From assembly GCA_013239625.1 (NCBI GenBank), contig MU053934.1, forward strand, positions 2,436,399-2,500,398: a DNA stretch of 64,000 bases, given 5' to 3'. A program made the translations under genes and the position numbers. Within the stretch, counting starts at the first letter, position 1. Each line of letters starts with the position of its first letter. This stretch comes from Lama guanicoe. Taxonomy: Eukaryota. The notes beneath the pieces are model-generated. The model searched no databases. It worked only from the letters and a program-made list of their open reading frames with translations, and was not told the origin of the DNA. Shown here piece after piece: positions 49,791 to 62,255 of this stretch.

Positions 49791-52473
49791 AGAGTGAGCA
49801 GCACCTCCCCTAGAAGGCCAGCCCAGAGAGTCAGAACTTTCGCTCCTTGATGTTTGGTCCTGGACTCCCACCAGTGGCATCACCTGAAAACTTGACAGAA
49901 ATGCAGAATCTCAGACCCTTCCTGAACCCACTGAATCATAACCTGCTTTTTAACTATATCCCAGGTCACAGTCATGTCTGAAAGGGCTGATTTAGAAGAC
50001 TTTCAAAATTGGGGGAATATGGTAATGACTGAAGTACAGTGCATCCCAGCTACACATCGTTTCAATAATCTTGAAATACTATTCAACGAACTGTCTGTGT
50101 ATAAAGTGATACGGACCATTAAACAAATTCAAGTAAAAAACCCAAACAAGGTACCGCAAATGTTCACAGTGATTTGTTTGGACGGTAAAATTATTGCTTT
50201 TTGGTGGTTTTTATAATGCTTTTTAAAGGGGATTCTCTGTAAGACAAGAAAAGGATAAAACTCCAAGTGTGAGGTCAGGAGCAGAAGCTCCAGAGCAAAG
50301 TATTAAGGGTCAAGGGTCCACACCCTGATCCACTCTTTCCCACCAAGGTCTGAAGGACTAGGGAATGCCCAGCCACTCAGCGGGAACCCGAGATGAGAGG
50401 GCAGACTCTTCCCTCCATGGAGCCAAGGCAAGTGTGCGTTTGGGGGGCACCCCAATCCCCTGAGTGACTTTCCCTTCCCTCTCCTCTGGGAAACAGTGAA
50501 ATTCTAGGGTGGACAGTTGTTTGGAGCATAAAGAGTGGTGGGAGGGGAATGTGTGTGAGGAAGGAGGCTCATCCCAAGGGTGCGTGCTGGGCACCGGGGG
50601 TGGCAGGAGAGCTTGGGGAGAAGCACCTAATGCCCTGAATATAATTTTAAGCAGTTTCTCCAAGTGCATCCACCTTTTGGGAAAGGACTTCAGGCCTCGG
50701 AGGAAGCTGTCCCAGAAGGTACCATGGACCTCTTGCTGAAACTTCTTCTGCAGGCTCTCTTCCAAAAGAACAGGTGTGAGGAAGGAAGGGAAGGGGTGGG
50801 GGTGGGGTCAGGAAGAATCCCCGCTGGAGCTTCCTAAGCTCTGCGAAGACATCAGCCAGGGCTTGGCCAACCCAGAGGCAGGGCCCCGCAGCCTTGAGGT
50901 CTCTCCATATGACCTGTGTACTATCTGGACAGTGGACAGATGGAGAAGATCCTACAGGAGGACCCCGCCCCCTCACCACACACACTCCAGGCTTAACTGT
51001 AGGACTTCGGAGCCTGGCTCTATGTCACCTGGAATGCAGGCTCCCTAGAATGCAGGGGGGCTGGTTTTGGAAATCTCACCCCACCCCTCCTCATGTGACC
51101 ACAGCTGGGGAACCGGGTTATTCTCTCTTGCCTCCTTATGGTCACCACAGTTCCTGGTACACAGAGGGGCTCAGGACATGTCTGCTCAAGGCCCAGTGGC
51201 TGAGGCTGAAGCTGTGTCATCAGGCGGTGCCAGGAGGGAGTCTGCTCGCCACCCAGGGGACGCCCAGCAGCTCCGGCTCTCAGCGCACACCAGGGAGCCA
51301 CATGCTCACTCCCACAGCTGCTGCGGGCCTCTAGGGGAGGGATGGACAAGCAGTGAAAGCTAGCGGCCTCTAAATGGTCAGAGAAGTGCCCCCTTGACTG
51401 AGCGATCAGTGGAAGAGCTTTTAAAGAAAACAAATGATTCATTCCTTCTCTTAAGCCCGTGAGCAGCCCCCATCACCCAGTGCCATGGACAGTCTAACTT
51501 CAGTAATATCCCCTCAACTGCCTGCAGTCGTCATCAGCGGCTCTGCCTGCCCAGCACTGATCTCCTTGGCCTCTGGTCAGGGAGCCTGGTTTCCTTTGGG
51601 CGAGTGCTCCCAGCCCAGCTCCCGGGCAGCCAGCCTGTTCTCACCTCTGCCCATTTCCTGCCAAGCAGACCAGCTGCAGGATGGGCATCTCTGACTTGGC
51701 CTAGAGAGGGTTGAGCCTGGACTTCCAAACTTGGAGAAAGACAGAGGCCACCTCTTTTTAGTCACTTATTACCAGGGCGGGGTGAAGGTTCACCCTAGTC
51801 AGATTCAGATATTTTATTTATTTTAAGAGAACCAGAAACCCGGATTTTCACGTGCAATCTTCTGAGTTTTAAATACCAGCATCCGGTTCAGCATTTTAAA
51901 AAGACACTTCGAGGGCCAGACCAGTCATGTCAGTGAGCTAGATTTGTTTCACAGGCCACCAGGTGTGACCTCAGCTCTGTAATAACGCCGTCCTCAGCAT
52001 GGCTATCCAGGCCCCTTCCAATGCGGCCGCAGTCGGCTTTCCCTGCTGCCTGTCCTCTCACTCCTTGCTTGACCCTTCACTCTGGCCTTCCAGCCACAAT
52101 GGACCTCTCCCCTTTCTTCAGCTACAGTGATCTCCGAGGCCCAGAGGAAGAAGCCCCACATCCCACACGTCTCCTGCTCCTCTTCCTCCAGGGCACTCTG
52201 CTTCAGGCACACAGGCTCTGATGTTCTGTGAGCAAACGTGTGCAACCCTGACCTCAGGGCCTTTGCACCTGATGTCTGCTCTGCCTGAATTGCTCTTCCA
52301 AGGAGCTGCATTGTTCATTCCTTACTCCCTCCAGATCTTTGTTCAGATGTCAGCTTCTCAGTTAGGCCTTCCCTAGCCCACCCTTTGAAAAATGAAACCT
52401 GCTCCAGCCCCGTGCCCAGCACTCCCACCTGTCTTCCAGATTTGTCCTCTTCCACAGCACTTATTATCTAAAA

Positions 52474-52690
52474 CAGGCATCAGTGAACTGCAGCCCATAG
52501 GCCAAACCCAACCTGCTGCCTGTTTCTAGAAATGAAGTTTTACTGGCCCACAGCCACGCCCATTTGTTCAAGTGCTGTCGATGGCTGCTCTAGTGCTATG
52601 AGACAGGTGAGAGCACCAGAGACCAATGCTCTGCAAAGCCTCAAATACGTACCACTTTGACCTTTGGAGAAGAAGTTTGCTGACACGCAA
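52474..52690. mobile_element. MER58A-like hAT transposon inserted in an L2 relic (~52050-52820)
   Basis: ggccaaaccca...gaagttttactgg...cacagccacgcccatt...gcaaagcctcaaata...aagtttgctgac. ctaaaa on both flanks. Confidence 0.75.
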
Positions 52691-53290
52691 CCTAAAATAC
52701 TAGCACGTAGGCTCCATGAAGGCAGGGATTTTGTCAGTTTTGTTCACTGCCATCTCCGCAGCACCAAGTAACAGCCCTGGCATTTAAGGAACTCTGAATG
52801 CATGTCCGTTGAAGGAACGCACGAGCCAGTCAAACACAGGAGACCAACTCATGTCTTTGGGTTTGCTGTGCTCTCACCCCTTCCGTCTTCTTGGTGCATC
52901 CTTTGTGGCCCTGCCCAGGGGGTCCCTCTAATGTGACACAACCTTGTCCCCTCTACGCCCCACCCTGCCCCGCCAGGGACAAGCTCATCTTATCTGTGCC
53001 AGAATCATGCATGTCTGGCTCACAAATGGATGGATGAATCCACCAGTGAAGGAAGGCATCAGTTTCCTGAGACTCAGAGAACAACCTGGTGTTTTGGGTC
53101 ACACATCCCACTTCCTAAAGGTGGTGAAGAGAGACAGGTGACTCAGAGGATCAATGGAGTCACTTTTGCAAAGAGCTCTGAATTCCTGAGATCTCTAGAA
53201 AAAATCAAGACACCCCCTTACCAACTCCCTGGTGGTCTACAAGACATTTCTCGCACCAGCTGTCCTGTACCAATCCTTGCCAACCCGTAC

Positions 53291-53414
53291 CTCATACTCG
53301 ATGGCGAGGTCCGTGTGGTCGTCAATATCCACCTTGGCCATCACCACCTTCCCATGCTGCTTGGCCACCGCCTTCTCTAGCCTTGGCCCCAGGATCTTGC
53401 AGGGACCACACCAC
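53291..53414 (-). CDS. TXN2: TXN2 coding exon 3 (124 nt) containing the WCGPC redox active site
   Basis: Encodes (Q)[41 protein letters not shown]. Acceptor ...ctttctccctttgcgag, donor GTACGG. The phase-2 junction with exon 2 completes a CAG (Gln) codon. Confidence 0.98.
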
Positions 53415-55271
53415 CTCGCAAAGGGAGAAAGAAGCATCTCGTCACAAAAGCGCTCACCAATCAGTCTATGGTTTCCCAGGACCTTCCCTTGCCCCGTGTC
53501 TTTTGAGGGACCTTCTGCCCTCATTACCTCTGCTTATAGTGTCTGAATATTAACGAATGCTGACATGCTAGTTAATGTCAGGATACTCTGCTACTGGGGA
53601 ATTTTCACAGGTCCTAGACTTCTAAACACAGGCCTCATCCTAAGACTGTTAGAAATGTTATTTCACTATGTCTAAAAGAAATACACTGTCATACAGATGA
53701 ATATGGGATTTGAAGTTAAAAGGTTTGGGTTCAAATAGAGGCTCCTCACCAACCAGCTAAGTGCTCTGGAGCCTCAGTTTCCTCATGTGAGAGAGAGACT
53801 CTAGCTTAGAGCTGCGATGAGAAATCAACTAAGGCAACGTCGACAAACATGTTGCGTAAGCTGCAGAGTTACTCCAAGCACCTCATGGACCCAGAACTAA
53901 AGGGAGTGGCAACCAATGGCTAGGGAGTGTCTGCAACATGCCCGTCACTGCTCTAGGACCCCCACAGCTTTTACTACACAGAACCCTCAGCTCTGCAAGG
54001 AAAGCAAACATCTTCCTAAGAAACTGAGGCCCGTACAAGTTACGAGACTTGCGCAAGGTCACAGAGTAAGAAGCAAAGCTGGGACTGCAGCTGAGTTTGG
54101 GTTCCAAGTGTCTTCTTTTAGCTGCCAGTTACTCTGTGATTCCCCAAGTCCTGTGTCAACTGTCATCACTGCACTGAACACAGGTGTCCCCTCTAGGTGG
54201 TGAGTCTAGGCTGTCATCCATAAATACGTGGCACTAAGGACAGTGCCTGGCACTGAATGAATACACTCACCCTCTGCTTCCTTGCTGGGGAAGACGATGA
54301 GGCATCACCCTACTTATCACTCATCTTGGAAGCCCTCTCTGGTGTGCTCACGAGACAGGAGGGCAGGACAGCTCCACCTTTCATGAACCCCCAGTGACTC
54401 CTATTTTATTTTAGCCTTTAAAACCCTTTGCATTCAGAGATTTCAATTAATAAACTCACAACACCCCAAAACCCAGTCTGCAAGATCTTATCTCCTATCA
54501 GTGAAGAAAGGGAGGCACAAGGACATCATATGGCCTGCCCCAGCAACACGGTGAGTCAGAGAAAGAATAGGAAAGAAAACAAAAGAATCTGTCAGTGGTT
54601 TGCCCAGAAGGCCTTCTAACTTCTAACTCAGGCTGCACTGCCTCCTTTCAGGATGCCTCATTCTGAGGGCTCTGTCCAGTATTTTTGGAACCAGGTGTCT
54701 AGCCAGGCCCCAAAGGTCTGGAAATGAAGAAGGCCAGGCCAACAATCAGAAGGCCACAGGCATTTAAATATCCCTAAAACAAAACAAAACAAAACAACAA
54801 CAACAAAATCCCTAAAACAAACTCAGACAGCACTGTAAAGAAACGCTTGCTCATCCCCTGCATGCTTGGGCACCACCGTGGCAGCACTGATAACTTCTTG
54901 CTACCCCTTCTCAGTTTGGGTGGCAAGATGTTAAAATAAAATCAACTGTCTGCAGGGCCGGGAACTGGTATACACAACAAACCAGATGATGGTATAGTCA
55001 TATTTTTCCTGTTTTGGTCCAAGCTGAAGATGACTCTGACCCATCTGGGCTGTGAGATACAGAACACACGTGTTTCCCAGCACTAATCACAGTGAGCTTT
55101 GAAGACTATTTACTAGCTGTCTCCTACCAGCGTACGCTTAATCTTTGAGAGCAAGGACTGGGTCTTGTCAACGTTTGTATCTACGTATGAAAAGCATCAA
55201 ATGTAGTACTGAGGCATAGCAGGCACCTGAACAAGTGACACCCTAGTTTTCGGCTGACCCCCAGGACTCAC

Positions 55272-55534
55272 TGTGCATGGAAATCCACAACCACTGGCGT
55301 CTCACTGTTGACAACTCGGTCTTGAAAGTCAGGTCCATCCTGGATGTTAAAGGTTGTTGTACAGGCTCTTGTGGTGTTTATTGACCGGGCTTGGCTGGGT
55401 GTTACTGTCAGGTTACTAGGACTGTGCTGCGGGGTCTGCAGGGCCCTGGAGGTGAGGGGAGCCCACTGACCCTGAGAAGGCTTCCTGGAGATTACCGAGG
55501 CCAGGAACCTCCTCAGGAGAAGTCGCTGAGCCAT
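55272..55534 (-). CDS. TXN2: Thioredoxin 2, mitochondrial: coding exon 2 (263 nt; mitochondrial presequence and start of the Trx fold)
   Basis: Translates as [24 protein letters not shown]...[26 protein letters not shown](Q), recognisably mammalian TXN2. The acceptor (pyrimidine tract + cag) lies directly before the ATG at 55534, and the donor GTGAGT follows 55272. Confidence 0.98.
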
Positions 55535-56169
55535 CTGTGAGAGGAAGAGGCAGAAAGAGTGGGGACAGACAACAGGAAGTCAACACACCAGAAAAAGAAA
55601 GGTATGTGGGCGTACTGGGGGGCTGGAGTTACAGAGCCAAAAGCAAAATGTCAGGAATATATAAGATTTCTGGAGTAAAAGTGAGCAGAGAATGAGAATC
55701 AAAGGGAAGAAGGAATCACAAACCAGGACAGGAAAACTGGATCAACAACCAATAAAATCAAAATACTGGTGCAATTACAACAGAAGGAAGGGAGGGAGGA
55801 ACCAAAATTTACAGAGCACCTGCTAAGAGCCAGGTGTCTTACCTTACAGTAGTCCTAGATCAACCCTGAGGAAGGTGCTATAATACTACTGCTCATATTA
55901 TGACTCCGAGGACCCTGAGGCTCAGGTAAATTGTGACATGACCAAAATAGCCCAAGTATTAAATGAGGGTCAACAATGTAACCCACAGCGGTCTGAAAAG
56001 CCCTTCTATAGATTACTCTTTTAAATAGTGTTTTAACGGGACAGTAAGGCTAAAGAGGGGTTGTCAAAAGATCAGGAAAGAGGAGCCGCAAGAATTCGAG
56101 GAACGAAGAGGTAGGGGAGCAGGAGTGTTGGGGGGAACTAAAAAAGCAGGGACGTGTGTGTAGAGGGAA

Positions 56170-56650
56170 GTGGGGAACTGGACGCCACCAGAGACCCTGG
56201 CTCCTCGGATGGCAGGTTCCCCCCGCCCGGGGCCTCCACCCGCTCGGCCGCCGGCCCGCACTAGAATGCGCCCGCAGAGTGCCTCAGCCGCGACACCACC
56301 TCGAGCCACCCCCACGGCCCTCCTACCTCCCTGCAGCGAGAGTGGAGGGATGCAGAGTTCGGCCCTCCCCACCAATCAAGGGCACTTCTTCCGTCACTTC
56401 CTGGGGGCGGGTCTTGCGTCACTTCCGGGGAAGGCAACCTGGAGCAAGTCCCGGCAACTTGAGGCGGGGCGAGGCGGAGCCTCAGTGAGGGACCGGAAGA
56501 GAAGTGCTCGGCGTAAGAGAGACCGGAAGAGGGGCGGGCCCTTCGGGGAGTGACCGGAAGAGGGGCGGGTCCTTGGAGGAGGGAGCGGAAGAGGTAAGCG
56601 GGCTCCCGAGGAGGGTCGGGAAGAGGAGGAGAGGGAGGCGGGGCCGCTAG
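56170..56650. promoter_or_regulatory. TXN2 CpG-island promoter (no TATA box seen; ETS/GABP, ETS-CRE, GC boxes, CCAAT)
   Basis: High GC and CpG. GGAAGTGACG twice on the minus strand (56392-56401, 56417-56426), CCGGAAG at 56493, 56523 and 56554, several GGGGCGG boxes, and CCAAT at 56372-56376. Confidence 0.9.
56327..56400 (-). other. TXN2: TXN2 non-coding exon 1 (5' UTR); the 5' end is approximate
   Basis: Donor ctgcagggag|GTAGGA (GT = plus-strand 'ac' at 56325-56326) inside the CpG island. Splicing yields GGGAG-ATG-G, a strong Kozak context. No ATG in the exon. Confidence 0.85.
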
Positions 56651-58894
56651 GGAAGTACAAGCAGAAGAAAAGGGCAAGAAGGTGGTGTGGTTCCAAAGTT
56701 TGCAAAGTCTTGCTGCCTTATAGGTCAAGCAGCATCGCCCACTCCTCTCTCACTGTCTTCGAACTTCTAGAGTTGGTGACAGTTTTTTCCCTTTATTTAC
56801 AAATGAGGAAGCTAAGCTCCTGAGAGGTGTAGTGCTGCTCGGAGCAAAAGACTCTGTTTGGGAGTCAAGAGGACGCTTTGTGGACTTTGTCTCTCACGTG
56901 CGACTCTATAACCTCGTGGTTTTGGGCAAGTCACCCTGCCCCTGGGGTCTTCAGTTTCCCAATACGTGACATGAGAGGCTGGGCTTGTCCTGCATCCAGA
57001 CCTCTCAAGCCTGTCTCTGGAGTTACTGGGGAACTAGGCCCAGACAAGATATAGTGGTGCTACTTGGAGGGCCTGCCTTTGAGGCCCCAGGTAAAGTGTG
57101 GTTACTTAAGCATCTTCTTGGGCCTGGGCCTTCCTTTCACACCTCTTGTCACTGTCATGGACAGGCGTCTAGGCACCTGTGTGTCTCAGGCTGCTGTCTC
57201 TCTGCACCCTGTACCTTACCTTACAACCAGTCATGATACAGTTCTGTGAATACATAGATGCCTTTTCCCTCCTCCTTGCGTTTGCTTAATTTGAAATGCT
57301 TTTTTCTGTTCCATTTGGTAGAACACCTACTCATCACCTCTTTGAGCAGCATTCATTGCCTCCTTCTGTCTAGTGCTTTGTCCATAACTATTACATAACA
57401 CATTGCACAGTGTCCATCTCTTCCACTAGACCATATGCCTCCTGAGAGAAGGGATTTGTAGCTTTTGTATGTCTCCAAACCTCCATTTGAACCTACATGC
57501 CAGCCAGTTAGAATCAGAGTTTCATAGTTTGCTCAAATGTCTCTCCCACCTCTGCACTTTGTAGTTGCTACTCCCTATAACTGGAAGGCTTTCCCCTCTA
57601 CTGTCCATCTCAGAAAAATGCTACCAGATACCTGATGAGGCATCATCTCTGGGGACACCTGATCCTCCTCGGTGGAAGCAGATTCCCTCCTCTGAGCTTC
57701 CGCAGCCCCTGTGCATCTGTGGGTCACCACGCTTAGTACTCTGTATTGCTGTTTCTTTATTCCTCACTCTATGCTGTCAGCACTTGGGGATCTTTGTCTC
57801 TCCATTGCTTACTTTAGGGCTTGGTACATTGTAGTAGGTGCTCAGTGATTACTTGTCCCATGAACAAAGAGCTGGGACCCAAATTGTATTTTTGACTTCA
57901 GATATTGTTTCCCCCACCACATTACGTGGACCCATTGTGCCCTTCCAAAATTATTGCCATGTTTTCCTGCAGCTCATCTCGGCCATATCATGCTGTCATT
58001 TGTCCTCTGTCCAATTGGAAGGTTCATGCCCTCACTTCTCAGGCAGACAGGGCCACAGCTACAGCTGTACAGGGACTGTCTCCTGGGATGGGGTGAGGGA
58101 CTCCTTGGAACAGGCCCACATCCCTGGCCAGCAGCAGCTGTGTCAGCCTTCCACTAAGGAGAGTCCCTTGTCCACCGCAGGCAGGAGACCGGGGAGGGCA
58201 TGGGCAGGCATGGTCTCCTCCACTCTGTCTGATCCCTTACTTTTGCCTCTGTCCCTGCTGAGGACTGGAACCAACAGTGGTGATCCTCCTGGCTCTCCTG
58301 AGGTCAGCATCCCTCGGTGCAGCTGTTCCTGCTAATGCCAGATGCCATCTGGCAGCAGCGGAGGTGGGGGGGTTCCCACCCTGCTTGTTTTCATTTCTGT
58401 TTTTCTTTGTCTCTAGCACTTTCTTGTCCAGAGACTCTGATTAATCCTATTTAGCATTTCCACAGTGTTTTCTGTGGAAGGCCAATCCTCTGATTAATTC
58501 ACACTTCAAGTTCCAAAGGAGGACCAGTCAGGTTTATCCTTTCTCCATAGTCACTTCACCTCTGTTGACCTCAGGCTTCTCAGCTGAGGACTGGGAAGAA
58601 TGGTGCCTTCCTTATAGAAGGCTGTGAGGTTGCAGGAAGGACGGAGCACAAGGCCTGGCACATCATTAGTGCCTGCTGAATGAAGGCGTCCCCTTCCCAC
58701 CTGCAGGGAGCAAAAGGCTACAAAGGGGTTCCTCAGCTCTCTGGTGGCTCGTCTGCCCAGCCGGCTGCTCTTGTCTGGCTCTGGCGCAGCCACAAGGCTG
58801 GCTCAGGGCACAGGTGTGAGGGGAGGGGAAGGAAGCCAGGGCTGGTGGCCTGAGCTTGGATAAAGCTCCTGCTACCACTTCCTGATACTTATGG

Positions 58895-59127
58895 CAGTGT
58901 TTTTCTGACCGCAGGATGTGAGCAACCAGTGGGTGTGTGAAATCGATTTAATGGGTTATGATCAGCTTAAAAAATCAGAACTGAAAATGTTATATAGAGT
59001 AGGTTGTATAAGTATTATTTTGTGAAATATTTGTTGGTGTTATGTCTATATATCTGTATGTCCTAGGTTGTGATATAGAATGTCTTTCTTGCTGTGGATC
59101 ATGGTCAAAAGGTTTGAAAGCTACTGA
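58895..59127. mobile_element. hAT/Charlie-type MITE
   Basis: cagtgtttttc ... tttgaaagctactg ends; similar to 31950-32183. Confidence 0.55.
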
Positions 59128-61799
59128 TATACTGAAGTTACTAAACACCTGACACTTCTAAAACACCCTACATGAATTAACTCATTTAATCCTGCAACCG
59201 TATAAGGTTATTACTGTTACAGCGCCCATCTTACAGATAGGGAAACTGAGACACATCGTGGTTAAGTAGCTTGTCCAGAGTCACTCAGATAGTAGGAGGT
59301 GGAAGCTTAAAGGTGATGCACTACCCCTAGCAAGGATCTGATAATGACTAGATCGCTACCTCTTTCCCGCTAACCCCTAGGACCAGCCAGCCCATCTAGG
59401 CCACCAGAAGGCAATGTGGGGCTCAAACCTAGGGGATTGCAGCTGGCGGCACAGCACTCAACAGTTTTCAGCAGTGGCTGTAAACGGGTGCTCACACTGG
59501 GGCAGTGTGGGACTCCCAGCCTCCTCCAGGGCAGGCCAGGCCACCAGCTTGGCACAGTCCCAGGATCCCAGCTCCCTCAAGTCTGCAGGGCACGTCTCAA
59601 TGACTGCGTGTCCGAAGATTCCATGGCTGTGGGGAGGCACCTTAAAAAAAAAAAAAATGCAGAGAGAGATGGAGAGGGTCGCAGGGAAACCTGATAGTGA
59701 ATTTCCCTTCAAAAAGTGTTGCTCCTAGAGTATCTTTGCTTTCAATCTCCATCTTGATGGTAATTTTTGCTTTTTGTGTGTGTTTTTAAAATGCTGTTGC
59801 AGAACAATTGGAACCATGACTTCCGTTTTGCAATTCAAGAAGCTGGTTTCAAGTGATTCCTGTTCTGTCGTGTTTCCAGCAATTACACAATATCCCCTCA
59901 CCCCTTTCTGAACATGAAGACTTGACACTGGAACAGTAGCTTAACTCTTAACTCCTCTACTGGCAACTGCTCCCTCTCGGGAGGGTAGATCTGGAATGCT
60001 GTGGCTGTGATGTAGGTGGGCAGATGCTGGCGCCCTCCCTTGCCCACCCCGCCAGTGCCCTCAGCAGACACATGCAGGCTGGGGCACCAGTGCAGCTGGG
60101 CTCATTCTGGATCCCACCTGCTGTTGGGCTGAGGCTCCTCACAGGCTCCTGCCTGGTCAGGTCTGGAGGCTCAGATTCTGCTGGGCAGGGCAAAGCCTAC
60201 AGCTATGAGAGGCTGGGGAAGGGATGCAAGGAAGGACCTTTCCTCTTTGCCAAATGTCTTTGCCTCCTTCACCCTTTGGTATGCTCCTGCTCCCCGTCCG
60301 TGAACACGAGCAACTCGAGTGGAAGAATGAGCGCTGGGCCCAGAATCAGGACCACATGCTTCTTCACCAGTTCTGTTCCTAACCCACTGAGTGACCTCGG
60401 GCCAGTCGGTCAAACATTCTGGCTTTGTTCCTTCTCTGTATGAGGCTCTAACAGTGCTCACTCTATAGGAAGGTTAGGAACTTTCCTAATAATGAAATAA
60501 TGGCCAGCACATCTGTGGTCCTTACCATGTGCCTCCTAAATGTTCTCGCACTTTTCATATTATTTCAACTCATTTTATCCTCACAGTAAGCAAAATACTA
60601 TTATTTGTCACATTTTATAGATGAGAGAAACTGAGGTCCTGAAAAGATAAATAACTTACCCTAGATCATGAATCAAGCAAATGGCAGGGCTGGAACCCTC
60701 CCAGGCAGACTGGCCCCAGGAGGGGTATGCTTAACAACTTAGCTCTACTGTGTCTTTAATATTGTCTTTCAGTGAAACTTAACATGTACAAACTCTTCAA
60801 AAAGGTACCCTTTAATGTAAATATTAGGTCTTATTATAAGCTTCGCCTTGAGGTGCAAATCTCAGACCTGTGCTGGAAAGGCAGGTCTCAGGTGTGCTGG
60901 CGTTAGATCTGTGGAGCCTAGATTGATGAAACATGGGCTATGGAGTCAGATGGACCTGGATTTGAATCTTGGCTCTGCCACGTACATGCAGTATGATGTA
61001 ACCCATCTAAGGCTTGGTTTTCTCATCTGTAAGATGGGGCTGACAGTATGTACTTCAGATACCATTTACAGATGTGCAAATCAAGTCTTAAAGAAGTCAT
61101 CTGACTTACCAAAGGCACACAGCTATTTGGAGGCAAGGGCAGATCTTCTGACCACAGGTCTTAAATTTTTCCCACTGACCTACAAGGATGTGGTGGGGTT
61201 AGGTCTGAGGATATGTATATTTGTCTTCAGTTGTAAAAGTATTGCTGGCAAAAGTTACAGTGAGGTCCAGTGAATAAAAGTGACTTCGTTTCCTGAGCCT
61301 TTGCTTCTTTGTGCTTCAGGTTTGACTAATAGTAATACTTACCAATATCCTAGGGTTGTTGTGAAGGATTAAAGGAGATAATGTAAGTAAAGCACTCGTA
61401 GTAAGTTCTCCCGGATTTCATCATGAAACTTATTGAGGCTTGCTTTGTGGCCCAACCTATGGTCTATGTTTGTGAATGTACCACATGCACTTGAAAAGCA
61501 TAGTTATTCTATAGTTGCAAATGGCATTATCTTATTCTTTTTTATGGCTGAGTAGTATTCCATTTATATATATATCCCACAATCTCTTTATCCTTTTTAA
61601 TTGATCCCTCAGTGTAGGTACACTAAACAGTTCAATACCATAGTACAACTATATTTTACCACAAGCTCCTTCATGAGTGTGTTCTGCAATTATTTTTGTA
61701 ATACATTTATTAACAATTGCTAATGTAGATATTATACCTGCTCTTACAAATTTGCCCTTCACTAATCCACCTTGATATTTTGCTCCCTGGTTCCTATGC

Positions 61800-62255
61800 C
61801 CCTTATCTATTGCTGAGTAACAAACCACCCCAAAACTTAGTGGCCTTGGACAACAACAATCATTTTGCTCACAAATACGAAATTTGGGCTGGGCTTGGCA
61901 GTGACAGCTCGTCTCTGCTCCAGGTGGGGAGGGTCATCTGGGGCTGGCCTGTCCATTTCCAAGATGGGACACCTGCATGGCTGCAAGTTTGTGCTGGCTA
62001 TCAGCTGGAAGGCACTTCATTCCTCTCTACATGGGTTCTCCTTGGGGCTGCCACAGTTTGGTGGCTGAGTTCCCAGAGGTGTAGTGAAAGTTGCTAGTCC
62101 CCTGGGGCCTGTGCCCAGAAACTGGTGTGGCATCATTTCCTCCATGTTCTTTTGTTCAAAACAGTCCTGAGGCCACCCTGATTCAAGGGGAAGGCACACA
62201 GGCCTCACATCTTGATAGGAGTTGTTGTAGAATTTTTGGACATCTTTAATCTACC
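61800..62255 (-). mobile_element. MaLR LTR (MLT1-type)
   Basis: tatctattgctgagtaacaaaccaccccaaaacttagtggc...gattcaagggg...catctttaatctacc. Confidence 0.75.

Noticed and set aside
53237..53524. Stand-alone 95-aa thioredoxin ORF
   Set aside because: It is TXN2 exon 3 read through flanking intron sequence; the splice sites define the true exon.
56490..56650. CRISPR-like repeat-spacer array
   Set aside because: The context is eukaryotic, the shared core is only ~9-18 bp and degenerate, and there are no cas genes. It is better explained as a promoter minisatellite.
59401..59413. CTCF-like motif CCACCAGAAGGCA
   Set aside because: Mismatch at a core position; too weak to call without ChIP data.
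61430..61600. Apparent fusion of two distant L1 segments
   Set aside because: Short and diverged; I cannot distinguish an internal deletion from adjacent independent fragments by eye.
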